This document shows positions 38,111 to 46,595 of a stretch of DNA of 64,000 bases, piece by piece; the first letter of the stretch is position 1; every line of letters begins with the position of its first letter. Made by a program: the position numbers and the translations under genes. This DNA is from an uncultured virus (IMG/VR IMGVR_UViG_3300012009_000259) (lineage: Duplodnaviria; Heunggongvirae; Uroviricota; Caudoviricetes), in the IMG/VR virus record IMGVR_UViG_3300012009_000259; one strand, 5' to 3'. The notes below the pieces were generated by a model that was given only the letters and a program-made list of their open reading frames with translations, was not told the origin of the DNA and did not search any database.

Positions 38111-38252
38111 CCAAGATTAAGGTGGTGAAATGGAAGACACTCTTGGCGCTGTGGCTGTGCCCAAAGACCACAGCCCCCGCCTACAAGAGGCGGGGAAACC
38201 AAGTGTCGAGTAAGGGCAGGCGTGCGGGTTCGAATCCCGCCCTTAGTCTTGG
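38111..38252 (+). ncRNA. tRNA-like RNA with the anticodon loop replaced by two hairpins
   Basis: acceptor attaagg/ccttagt, Leu-like D arm, T arm gcggg-ttcgaat-cccgc, 52-nt structured insert inside the cttgg/ccaag stem. Confidence 0.7.
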
Positions 38253-38259
38253 ATTTAAT

Positions 38260-38340
38260 GGGCAGATACCCAAGCGGACAAAGGGGGCTGGCTGTAAACC
38301 AGTTGTCTCGGCTACGGTGGTTCGAATCCACCTCTGCCCA
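38260..38340 (+). tRNA. tRNA-Tyr(GUA)
   Basis: gggcaga/tctgccc acceptor; loop ctgtaaa. Confidence 0.92.
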
Positions 38341-38345
38341 CCTAT

Positions 38346-38428
38346 GGTGCAGTATCCAAGTGTGACAAAGGAAGCTGACTGTAAATCAGCCGCCTCTGGC
38401 TTCGTAGGTTCAAATCCTACCTGCACCA
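38346..38428 (+). tRNA. tRNA-Tyr(GUA)
   Basis: ggtgcag/ctgcacc acceptor; gctga-ctgtaaa-tcagc. Confidence 0.92.
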
Positions 38429-38446
38429 CTAAACTTTTGCAAATAT

Positions 38447-38519
38447 GGCGAGATGGCCGAGTGGCTAAGGCAACCGTCTGCAAAACGGTTTTACGTGAGT
38501 TCAAATCTCACTCTCGCCT
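38447..38519 (+). tRNA. tRNA-Cys(GCA)
   Basis: ggcgaga/tctcgcc acceptor; accgt-ctgcaaa-acggt; U73. Confidence 0.92.
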
Positions 38520-38524
38520 CTTTA

Positions 38525-38608
38525 GGGGGTGTGGCGTAACTGGCAGCCGCACATGCCTTAGGAGCATGTGGTCTTCGGGCCGTGTGGGTTCGACTCCCAC
38601 CATCCCCA
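38525..38608 (+). tRNA. tRNA-Leu(UAG)
   Basis: catgc-cttagga-gcatg; long variable arm. Confidence 0.92.
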
Positions 38609-38613
38609 CTTTT

Positions 38614-38672
38614 GGCTCTATGACGGAACTTGACAAACGCGGCGTCTTGAAGAAGCGTTGGTCAAAAGGCTA
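38614..38672 (+). pseudogene. truncated tRNA-Leu-like 5' fragment lacking the T arm
   Basis: similar to 39220 (5' end) and 39413 (anticodon and variable arms), with mismatches. Confidence 0.65.
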
Positions 38673-38713
38673 ACCTGCCCTAACATACATACAGCGAAAA
38701 AGGTGGGGCGACT

Positions 38714-39043
38714 ATGACCATCAGCGAGCACTACAACAAAGATGCTTATTACGCACCAAAGAATAAGGTAGGCTTCTTCTTCGAGGCGATGGGCGTTTCT
38801 AGAGAAGACTTCTCTCGGTTCAGGGGATGTACCATAGTAAAAGACAGAAGAAGTGGAGACATTGCCATTCACATAGAAGCACGGAATAGGGATACTGAGC
38901 CCCAAGAGTCTGTAAGGCGAAGAATGTAGCAATGCCCTTACTTCCGATACACACAAAGAGGCTCAGGGGAGACCTACATTAAGTATGTATTCTCTGTTCC
39001 AGATTTGACCATAGACGCGGCAAAGAGAATAATTAGCGGATAG
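38714..39043 (+). pseudogene. small gene inside the tRNA array with an internal in-frame TAG at 38927-38929
   Basis: frame continues QCPYFRYTQRGSGETYIKYVFSVPDLTIDAAKRIISG after the stop; aaggtgggg RBS. Confidence 0.5.
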
Positions 39044-39127
39044 GCGCACGTAAGGTTCGACTCTCACCATCCGCACTGGCAATTACTAGATCGGTAGCGT
39101 TGGGGGGCGGCCAACCCCCTCACTCAA

Positions 39128-39214
39128 GCAGGTGTGGCGAAAACTAGGCAGACGCGCTGGCTTCAGGAGTCAGTGCCCCAAAAAGGCGTGTGGGTTCGAC
39201 TCCCACCACCTGCA
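39128..39214 (+). tRNA. tRNA-Leu(CAG)
   Basis: gcaggtg/cacctgc acceptor; ctggc-ttcagga-gtcag. Confidence 0.9.
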
Positions 39215-39219
39215 TAAAT

Positions 39220-39303
39220 GGCTCTGTGACGGAATAGGCAGACGTAGAGGTTTCAAAAACCTCCGCTCGAAAGGGCGTGTGGGTTCGACTCCCGCCAGGG
39301 CCA
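39220..39303 (+). tRNA. tRNA-Leu(CAA)
   Basis: gaggt-ttcaaaa-acctc; long variable arm. Confidence 0.92.
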
Positions 39304-39325
39304 CCTAGTACAATAAGATATACAT

Positions 39326-39398
39326 GGTGACCGTAGCTCAATGGTAGAGCACCTGTTTGTGGAACAGGCGGTTGTGGGTTCGAACCCCATCGGTCACC
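39326..39398 (+). tRNA. tRNA-His(GUG)
   Basis: cctgt-ttgtgga-acagg; encoded G-1, C73. Confidence 0.92.
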
Positions 39399-39412
39399 CC
39401 TTGTATTACTAA

Positions 39413-39498
39413 GCAGGTGTGGCGTAATCTTGGCAAACGCGGCGTCTTGAGGGGGCGTTGGTCGAAAGGCTATGTGGGTTCGAGTCCCACCACCTGCA
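39413..39498 (+). tRNA. tRNA-Leu(GAG)
   Basis: gcgtc-ttgaggg-ggcgt; gcaggtg/cacctgc acceptor. Confidence 0.88.
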
Positions 39499-39611
39499 CT
39501 ATGCAACATAACAAGAAAGGGGAGTCCCAGATTCAGTCATGGGAGCGGCAGAGAAGATAACTAGCGGAAGCGGATAGGCGCACTTAAGGTTCAAGTCCTT
39601 TATTCCGTACT

Positions 39612-39683
39612 GTGGACGTAGCCTAACGGTTAAGGCATCTGTCTGTGGAACAGAGTATATGGGTTCAACTCCCATCGTCCACC
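39612..39683 (+). tRNA. tRNA-His(GUG)
   Basis: gtggacg/cgtccac acceptor; tctgt-ctgtgga-acaga; no encoded G-1. Confidence 0.88.
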
Positions 39684-39820
39684 TTGTTATGCCAGCACCA
39701 GACAGGGGTTGGTGAAGTGGGTCTATAAACCATTTCCAATCTCTCGTTGGGTATTATTAAATATATTGCTTATCTAAGGAGGCAGAGCTGAACAAGTTTA
39801 GGCTTTTAATTCCTATCTTA

Positions 39821-40177
39821 GTGCTATTGTTAGCGCCAGCATGTGGTGGGAGCGGTGACGCAACCCCGACACCAGTAGAGTCCATCGTTTCGATGGACAA
39901 TTTCAGGCGTACCCAAGCAATTGATAGCTCAGGGTACGACATGGCAATGTACGACTTCTATGTAGATTGTTCCGAGGTTCACCCTGACGGATGCTATAGG
40001 GGTGTATACTTCACCGTCATATACTCGATGGACGGCGAGGAGTATACTGAATACGGAACAACAGGGATGGAGTACTTTTCTGAGAAGAAAGTCTACTCAG
40101 GAGTGGTGAGATTTCTGTTGCCTGAGAGGGCTGTGATACAAAATGCAGTTATAACAGTCAACGAGAAGGAATACTGA
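39821..40177 (+). CDS. putative lipoprotein (true start probably slightly upstream)
   Basis: LLLAPACGG lipobox-like motif; aaggagg RBS near 39776. Confidence 0.6.
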   Translation: MLLLAPACGGSGDATPTPVESIVSMDNFRRTQAIDSSGYDMAMYDFYVDCSEVHPDGCYRGVYFTVIYSMDGEEYTEYGTTGMEYFSEKKVYSGVVRFLLPERAVIQNAVITVNEKEY

Positions 40178-40345
40178 AACAAGGCCGGTTAAGGCTCCTG
40201 TCTTTGGAGCAGAAACATAGAGGGGTGCTGCGTTATGCGCAACACCTCTTTTGTATAATATAGAAGAATATATTTGTCAGAGCGCGCACAAGAACAGAGA
40301 GGTAGAGTTAGGAAAGATAACATAATAGGCCATAAGGAATAAATT

Positions 40346-40879
40346 ATGAATATAGATGATGTTATTTTGGAGAAATCAAGAATGGCAGCATACGCTGCCA
40401 GAAATCAACTAGGGGTGTCTCTTTCACCCCAAGATATAGAAGATGCGACCCAAGCTGCCTCTTTGGGCTTTATAAGAGCATGGAGGCGAAAGAATGGTAA
40501 CGTAGGGTATTGTTACGTTGCCGCGAAAAACGAAGCAATAAAGTTTATAGTGCGGGTTTTATTTGGTAACAACCCCGTAGACCCCGTTGAGTACGAGAAA
40601 ATTAGACATTATCTTTCTGCTCGTGACGCTGGTAGGCGAAATGGGCTATCGGATGAGGTGGCAGACCGCCTCTTCCAGATGTTGCTAGGGTCTCGCCTTA
40701 AGAAGGGGGAACGGGGGCGCAAGGCGGCTTTGCGGGAAGTCCTGATAGCAGATGCCTTATGTCAGGAGAAGAATGATGCAGCGATAGCTATGGATCTAGA
40801 TATACCGGAAAGGGATGTCAAGACCTATCGCCTTAGACTGAGAGCACGGCTTGATGATATATATAAAGCGATGCAATAG
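40346..40879 (+). CDS. ECF-like sigma-70-family factor
   Basis: DIEDATQAASLGFIRAW...AAKNEAIKF (region 2); DAAIAMDLDIPERDVKTYRLRLRARL (region 4 HTH). Confidence 0.75.
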   Translation: MNIDDVILEKSRMAAYAARNQLGVSLSPQDIEDATQAASLGFIRAWRRKNGNVGYCYVAAKNEAIKFIVRVLFGNNPVDPVEYEKIRHYLSARDAGRRNGLSDEVADRLFQMLLGSRLKKGERGRKAALREVLIADALCQEKNDAAIAMDLDIPERDVKTYRLRLRARLDDIYKAMQ

Positions 40880-40903
40880 GCTCAAAACTATGCGCTATAA
40901 GGA

Positions 40904-41467
40904 TTAGGGCAATCTACTAACTACGCTATCGAAAGGGACTGCCATCCTCTTCCCTGTGTCGAGCCTTTTGACAATATACCCTCTATAAGGAGTGGGGCCA
41001 AATTCTAGGCTAATAACCTGAACTATCGCCCCTGACTTTGAGAAGACACCCAACTCCCCGACCTTAAAGAGGTCTATGGCCTCTGCGCCCAAATTGGTCA
41101 ACCGCCATTGACCTGAGGATTGATTATACTTTACATAGCCCTTTCCTCGCAGTCCGAGCCGCTGACACGCCCTGTTCGCGTGCTCTTGTCCCAGATGAAG
41201 AGCAGGAGTATCTTTGTCCCACCCTTTAGGTCGCGGGAGTTCTATATCTAGTCTCGCTAAACCCATCCCCAAGGCAAGATTATCAGTCTTCCGAGACTGC
41301 CTATGTCGATTGTAAAACCCCGTTGCGATGAGGCTTAATATAGCATAGTCTATAACTGCATTTGTTCCTTGGGTAACTACCGAATCTGGAATACCAAATG
41401 AGAGTAGTTTGGGACTTCGCTTTGCGATGTCACTCATGCTGTCGCCTCCTATGTTTTTGTTTGTCAT
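40904..41467 (-). CDS. hypothetical protein
   Basis: ORF with aggagg RBS before an internal ATG. Confidence 0.6.
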   Translation of the reverse strand: MTNKNIGGDSMSDIAKRSPKLLSFGIPDSVVTQGTNAVIDYAILSLIATGFYNRHRQSRKTDNLALGMGLARLDIELPRPKGWDKDTPALHLGQEHANRACQRLGLRGKGYVKYNQSSGQWRLTNLGAEAIDLFKVGELGVFSKSGAIVQVISLEFGPTPYRGYIVKRLDTGKRMAVPFDSVVSRLP

Positions 41468-41680
41468 ATTATACTTTTGTCTGTGGCACCCCCAGATGAG
41501 GTGGAAGGTATAATACGGAAGAAGTGGCCCCTAATAGAAGAAGGAGACAAATATGTCAAAGGGAATAAAGTGGAGAGTTAAAGCAATTAGAACCGCAGAA
41601 AAATTATTGCGGGTTTGTAATGTTATCAACATTGTTTTGATGGCCGTGGCTATACTCTTATACACCCTGGGGGGGGCGCC

Positions 41681-42217
41681 ATGACAGATAGGCTCAGCAG
41701 AGCAGCAGAGCATATCAATCCCTACAAGGGGCGGGGGAGAAGGCGCGATGTACGCGCAAAGAATTATAATCTTCACAAAAAAGGAATTCTGCCCCTTGAT
41801 TTCGACGTAGTGGAGATAGATGAGAATGGAGCACTATGGATTGGGTATCATGACGAGGGCTACGGAGTCCCACCCTTTGCTCAGGAGCCCATAAGGGTTG
41901 AGAACGGCACTATCCAGTGGCATAGAACCGCCTCTGCCCTTAACGACCAGCAGATATTCGACCTGCTTGCCGCTACCGCAGTGGCAGATCGTTATGATAT
42001 ACTAGATTCGCTCTCGATTCTTAAGACAGCGTTTTTATCCCTGTTGTGGTTTTTGATAGGATATTCCTTCGCAAGATTAACCAGCCAAATATGGATAGAA
42101 TACGCGATAATAGGCATAGGGGTGGTGGAGTTTGCAACTATCGTGTTTATCGTTATAAATTCTGGCAAGTTGCAGGTTCTGAAGAGGGAGATATTAGATA
42201 GGTTGAGAGGCGAGTAA
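41681..42217 (+). CDS. membrane protein
   Basis: two C-terminal TM helices. Confidence 0.6.
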   Translation: MTDRLSRAAEHINPYKGRGRRRDVRAKNYNLHKKGILPLDFDVVEIDENGALWIGYHDEGYGVPPFAQEPIRVENGTIQWHRTASALNDQQIFDLLAATAVADRYDILDSLSILKTAFLSLLWFLIGYSFARLTSQIWIEYAIIGIGVVEFATIVFIVINSGKLQVLKREILDRLRGE

Positions 42218-42243
42218 CGCCTACTCAGTGCTTGCTCTGCACC

Positions 42244-42278
42244 AAAGGACGCAGCATGTTGCCTGCGTCCTTTTTTTG
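42244..42278 (+). terminator. intrinsic terminator
   Basis: aaaggacgcag / ctgcgtccttt followed by a T tract. Confidence 0.7.
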
Positions 42279-42320
42279 TGTCCAGCGTATAATAGGGCGC
42301 ATATACAGACGGAGGCAGAT

Positions 42321-42707
42321 ATGGTATCAGAAGAAATCTTTTTCAGGACTTCAAACATTGTTAAAGCCCTATTAGGGGCAGCGATTAAGGTTCGACGAAC
42401 GCATGGCAAGATATGGGGCAAGAAGTCGTCCCTTCCACTCTACTGCCAGTATCGAAGCCCGCGACAGTATAAGGCGGAAGATGGAGTGGAACTTAATCTT
42501 AGAGAGGATGGGCCATGCCTTATAATTCCCAAAGACGGAGAGACCGAAGAAATACTGAAAGACTATGCCCTATTTGATCTTGCTATTCAAAAGATGAAAG
42601 AGGCGGGGGGGCAGGTAGTCCCCCCTGAATTACTGGATATGGCAGTGTCAAAGTTTGACGGCAAATTGTCAGAGCTCTCTTACGATATAACCAAGAATCT
42701 ACTTTAG
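42321..42707 (+). CDS. hypothetical protein
   Basis: ggagg RBS and ATG after GTATAAT. Confidence 0.6.
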   Translation: MVSEEIFFRTSNIVKALLGAAIKVRRTHGKIWGKKSSLPLYCQYRSPRQYKAEDGVELNLREDGPCLIIPKDGETEEILKDYALFDLAIQKMKEAGGQVVPPELLDMAVSKFDGKLSELSYDITKNLL

Positions 42708-43180
42708 CAGATGGGGGGCACCCCTCTAGGATAATGGTTCAAAACATGCGTACTGGCTTAACAGACGCTCCATCAATTAGGGCTCCTGAACTCAACAAAG
42801 TAGAGGATGTGGGATTCGCAATCCAGAATCTTGCCCTCGCCATGTAAAAGAGGCAGTGTTAATCCTACTTTCGGAGGGGGCAAGTGAGAGCATAAAAGTC
42901 GAGCGACTGGGGCTCTGCGTGATTCTGCCGATTATGCGCAATATGCCAGTCCACATCAAGCATGTCCCCAAAACTGCCCTTAACTTCTCGTGCGCAAGAT
43001 GGCAAGCCTCTGGGCGCATCCCTATTTACGACTCATGGGAAAACACGCAAAGAGACCCCCAGGAGTCAGGCAACAGGGAGTGGATGCAGGCTGCTAAAGA
43101 AGCCTACAAATTAGACTGCGTGCAGTGGCTAACTGGGGTCAGCATGAGAATAGACTACGAACGTTAAGCGTGCCGAATAG

Positions 43181-43207
43181 AAGAGCCCCAATTTAGCGGG
43201 GGCTCTT
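43181..43207. terminator. hairpin between convergent genes
   Basis: aagagcccc / ggggctctt. Confidence 0.55.
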
Positions 43208-43233
43208 AATCTTAAAGTGCGTTTCTGGCTATA

Positions 43234-43563
43234 TTAGTAAACACCATACGCTATATGTATACGCCCAATCAGGGCGCTAAGCACTTCGACCATCTCTTTT
43301 CGTGTCTCAACGCTCATGTCTATGTGTTGGTTGTAGGCCTTAACCAAGCCACACACATTGGTTGAGGTCATCGGCATAGCCACAAACTCATAAGAAAAGT
43401 GTTGGAAGTCGAGCGTGGCTATGCAGAACGCATTCCCGCTGTTGTTTATGCCAACTGAGTACTGTACTCCGTCAATCTTTACATCATTCAATGGACTAAG
43501 TTGTTCCTCCAGTTGGTCTATGTTCCCGACCTTCTGTATTTCTTGTTTTTTCGTGTCTTTCAT
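43234..43563 (-). CDS. hypothetical protein
   Basis: 109-aa ORF, ggaggt RBS. Confidence 0.55.
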   Translation of the reverse strand: MKDTKKQEIQKVGNIDQLEEQLSPLNDVKIDGVQYSVGINNSGNAFCIATLDFQHFSYEFVAMPMTSTNVCGLVKAYNQHIDMSVETRKEMVEVLSALIGRIHIAYGVY

Positions 43564-43778
43564 CTTCTACCTCCGCTTATGTTTTTTACCTAACGCCTAT
43601 CCATACCTAAGAGATTCAAAGTAGTATTTTACTACGTCCTTTAAGTATTTGGGTCTGACAAACTTATCTCATATTCCTGTTTTGAATCCATCAAAGCCTC
43701 CTGTGCCTGCCGAACGATTTTTCCCTGGTGTAGTATACTGTCTATGACGGAAAACCAACAAGGGAAACGGGGGGTAAT

Positions 43779-44600
43779 ATGACACATGCAACACTGAGAT
43801 TAAAGGGGCAGTACAAGGGTGTTATGGAGCAGAGTGTGGAGTTGCTACCGTTTACTGTCATAAAAGGTAAGGAGTCCGCTATACAGACTTTCTTTCAAGT
43901 AGCCTACTTATTTGATAATGCCCCAACTCTTTTTCGCACCTACTACGAGCGGGGGGAGGCCATTTGGGAAACCGCCCTGCGGATTATAAATGGCATTCAG
44001 GGGCGCAATGCCCTTCAAGGAGTAACCTCAGATACGGTAACATTTGAGTGGCGACATACACGCAAATGGGGGTTATCGCTGTACAAAAAGCGTTCCCCAA
44101 GATGCTACCCTTTCCGAGGATTCGAGTCTGACATTATATCCTGGATAAGCTTGCCTACCCCCCCAAAGAGCAGTGCTGTCCTACTATCGGACTCGTGGCA
44201 CTCTCCGATGGCTGACAGAGAATTATCAAAGATACACTCCTGCAACGAGCAGGGAAGTGTCTTACAGAAGTTTGATGCGCTGACCAATGAGTACCTAGGG
44301 GTTACTTTTAGATGGCAAGAAGGGCAGTGGGAGCCTCGTGGTGGTATGCCCCCAGAGTATGACACAGAGCGCACCAAGAAGAAAATATCGGCCATCAAGT
44401 CTGTCCTGTGTTCCAGGCACGACGTAACATTGTATGTCGAAGACGCTGGCATTCCCGTTGATCTTCAGGTGGCATTGTTTGAGATGCTGCTAACGCAGGG
44501 CAACCGTGTTGTGGCCTCTTGCAGCAATAAGGAGTTTTATGAGATTGCAGCATCTTTATTGAAGAAATTCTCAGGTGACGAAGGATGGTATGATACCTGA
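43779..44600 (+). CDS. degenerate ABC/AAA_21-like ATPase fold protein
   Basis: VELLPFTVIKGKESA (eroded Walker A), TLYVED (Walker B-like), VVASCSN (His-switch position). Confidence 0.45.
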   Translation: MTHATLRLKGQYKGVMEQSVELLPFTVIKGKESAIQTFFQVAYLFDNAPTLFRTYYERGEAIWETALRIINGIQGRNALQGVTSDTVTFEWRHTRKWGLSLYKKRSPRCYPFRGFESDIISWISLPTPPKSSAVLLSDSWHSPMADRELSKIHSCNEQGSVLQKFDALTNEYLGVTFRWQEGQWEPRGGMPPEYDTERTKKKISAIKSVLCSRHDVTLYVEDAGIPVDLQVALFEMLLTQGNRVVASCSNKEFYEIAASLLKKFSGDEGWYDT

Positions 44601-44856
44601 CAAAGTGGTAGATAAACTTATAAAAGCGCAAAGGCTTGCTAAACACGGAGTTGCGGGAGAGAGGAAGGCCGCTGCCCAAGCGATACAAAACACACTTGAT
44701 AAATATGGCATTACCTGGGACGACATAGACAGGTTAGAGAGAACTCTACACAGATTCTCGTATAGAACCAAAATGCAGAGAGAGACACTAGAGCGTGTAG
44801 CGTCCAGGGTGGTAGGCTATCACAATCTGGGGCGTTTTGTCGCACCCATTCGCTAA
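44575..44856 (+). CDS. DUF2786-like small protein
   Basis: KVVDKLIKAQRLAKHGVAGERKAAAQAIQNTLDKYGI. Confidence 0.55.
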   Translation: MTKDGMIPDKVVDKLIKAQRLAKHGVAGERKAAAQAIQNTLDKYGITWDDIDRLERTLHRFSYRTKMQRETLERVASRVVGYHNLGRFVAPIR

Positions 44857-45088
44857 GCGGTACAGAGTGAGGCGGCACTGCTACGAACCTCTCCCCCTAT
44901 TTTGCCACATAGGGTCGGCCATCTTCATAAAACAGGCCGTGCCTCCCCCAGTGTGTTGCATTACTTAACGGTGAGGGGTGATCCCTTTTTTCACAGTGAA
45001 TTAGGTAAAATCCGCGCCCACTTTTATTGCCCCAAAAGGTAGTCTCAGGATTACCAGTTAAGCCTTCGTATGCCCTCCTTGATCAGGT

Positions 45089-45655
45089 CTATATTCCCCA
45101 ACCTTTTAGCCTATGAAATACAATAGAAGCAAACTCCTGACTAAGCCCGCCCCACTCCGTAAAGTGTCTTCTGTCGTCTGAAGTCATCCAGGGGGCTACC
45201 GCCATTAGGCCGTTAGCAAACAGGATTACTCGCCCTACACCATGCTTAAACCTGTAAGGGCCGTGTAGATACACGGCTATTAAATCTTGGTCGAATATAT
45301 GATACATGCAGGAAGAAGAAAAGAAATCCTTTTGCATCAACGGAAGGTCATCAGTGTAGTCTTCAATGATTGCCCTAGAGGGGTTATCCATGTCATATAG
45401 AGCCTTGGCAAGGGGTGATTGCGAAAGGGGTATAACAGTTAAGTCATTAAACAGTTTCTCAGCATATCTATCCCAGGACATCGAACCATGTCGAAAGTAT
45501 CCACTCACCAAGCTGTTGAGGCAAAAATGGGCGTTGCTTTTTCCTATCCCCATGCCAGCTCTACCTGCCACTACCCCGACAAAGCCTTTGTCTGGGGCGA
45601 TAAATATACTGTAAGACTTGCCCTTGATTGACACTATGTAGTATATGTTTTCCAT
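45089..45655 (-). CDS. hypothetical protein
   Basis: 188-aa ORF, aaggag RBS. Confidence 0.65.
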   Translation of the reverse strand: MENIYYIVSIKGKSYSIFIAPDKGFVGVVAGRAGMGIGKSNAHFCLNSLVSGYFRHGSMSWDRYAEKLFNDLTVIPLSQSPLAKALYDMDNPSRAIIEDYTDDLPLMQKDFFSSSCMYHIFDQDLIAVYLHGPYRFKHGVGRVILFANGLMAVAPWMTSDDRRHFTEWGGLSQEFASIVFHRLKGWGI

Positions 45656-45736
45656 GCTTCTCCTTTTATTTCATTATACTCTTGGCCGCAACACCCCTAC
45701 GAAAACTACACAGTACAATACAGAAACAAAGACTAT

Positions 45737-46309
45737 GTGGGGGTCTTAATGGGGCTTAAACCCGACACCTGGATTCGCAAGATGGCTACTGAAAAGGGCA
45801 TGATTACCCCTTTTGTAGACGCACAAAAGAGGGACGGCATCATCTCCTATGGGCTTTCCTCCTATGGGTATGACATTCGAGTTGCGGACGAGTTCAAGGT
45901 ATTCGCAGCTATGGGTGGCAGACATGGGGTGGTAGACCCAAAGGCGCTTGATACCGAACTGCTTAGGGACTTTAGGGGCGATGTGTGCATAATCCCCCCT
46001 AATTCGTTCGCTCTAGCTAGAAGTCTAGAGCGCATGAAAATCCCGCGTAACGTACTTGCTACTGTGCTTGGCAAGTCCACGTATGCAAGAGTGGGGACGG
46101 TTACAAACTTCACGCCCCTAGAGCCTGAGTGGGAAGGCTTCATCACCATCGAGATCAGCAACACAACGCCACTGCCCGTAAAAATCTACGCCAACGAGGG
46201 CATTGCACAAGTCCTCTTCTTCGAGGGCGACGAACCCTGTAAAATCTCTTATGCTGATAAGAAGGGAAAGTACCAGGGGCAGGTTGGGGTGACTCTGCCG
46301 AGACTTTAG
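45737..46309 (+). CDS. dcd: dCTP deaminase
   Basis: [52 protein letters not shown]. Confidence 0.96.
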   Translation: MGVLMGLKPDTWIRKMATEKGMITPFVDAQKRDGIISYGLSSYGYDIRVADEFKVFAAMGGRHGVVDPKALDTELLRDFRGDVCIIPPNSFALARSLERMKIPRNVLATVLGKSTYARVGTVTNFTPLEPEWEGFITIEISNTTPLPVKIYANEGIAQVLFFEGDEPCKISYADKKGKYQGQVGVTLPRL

Positions 46310-46340
46310 TTTCGTGATACTATCATAAAAGAGGGTAGGT

Positions 46341-46595
46341 ATGGAGAAAGCGGTTCTGGCTACTTTGAAAAGACACTTGGAGAATGAGAAGAGGGCATAC
46401 GAATACGCCATGAAAAAAGACCTCCGCGCAATAGCGGATATTGAATTCTCTGGTGACAAGGTAAAGCAAGCCGTGGTGGATGTCATTCGCACACATCACG
46501 GCATTAACATCTCGGCAGCAAAAAATAGGCTTGCCGGTTTAAGCATGTTCGCGGGGGCTCTTTCCGTCGCACAGGCAAGAGAGGGGCAGGAGTAA
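46341..46595 (+). CDS. hypothetical protein
   Basis: 84-aa ORF coupled to the next gene (TAATG). Confidence 0.55.
   Translation: MEKAVLATLKRHLENEKRAYEYAMKKDLRAIADIEFSGDKVKQAVVDVIRTHHGINISAAKNRLAGLSMFAGALSVAQAREGQE

Noticed and set aside
38111..38252. tRNA-like element as tmRNA, tRNA-Sec or a group I intron-containing tRNA
   Set aside because: There is no tag ORF or UCA anticodon loop, and the 52-nt insert is far too short for a group I core.
37793..38673. ORFs called across the tRNA array (37793+, 37834-, 38122+, 38181-, also 39144-)
   Set aside because: They are shadow frames over clear tRNA cloverleaves.
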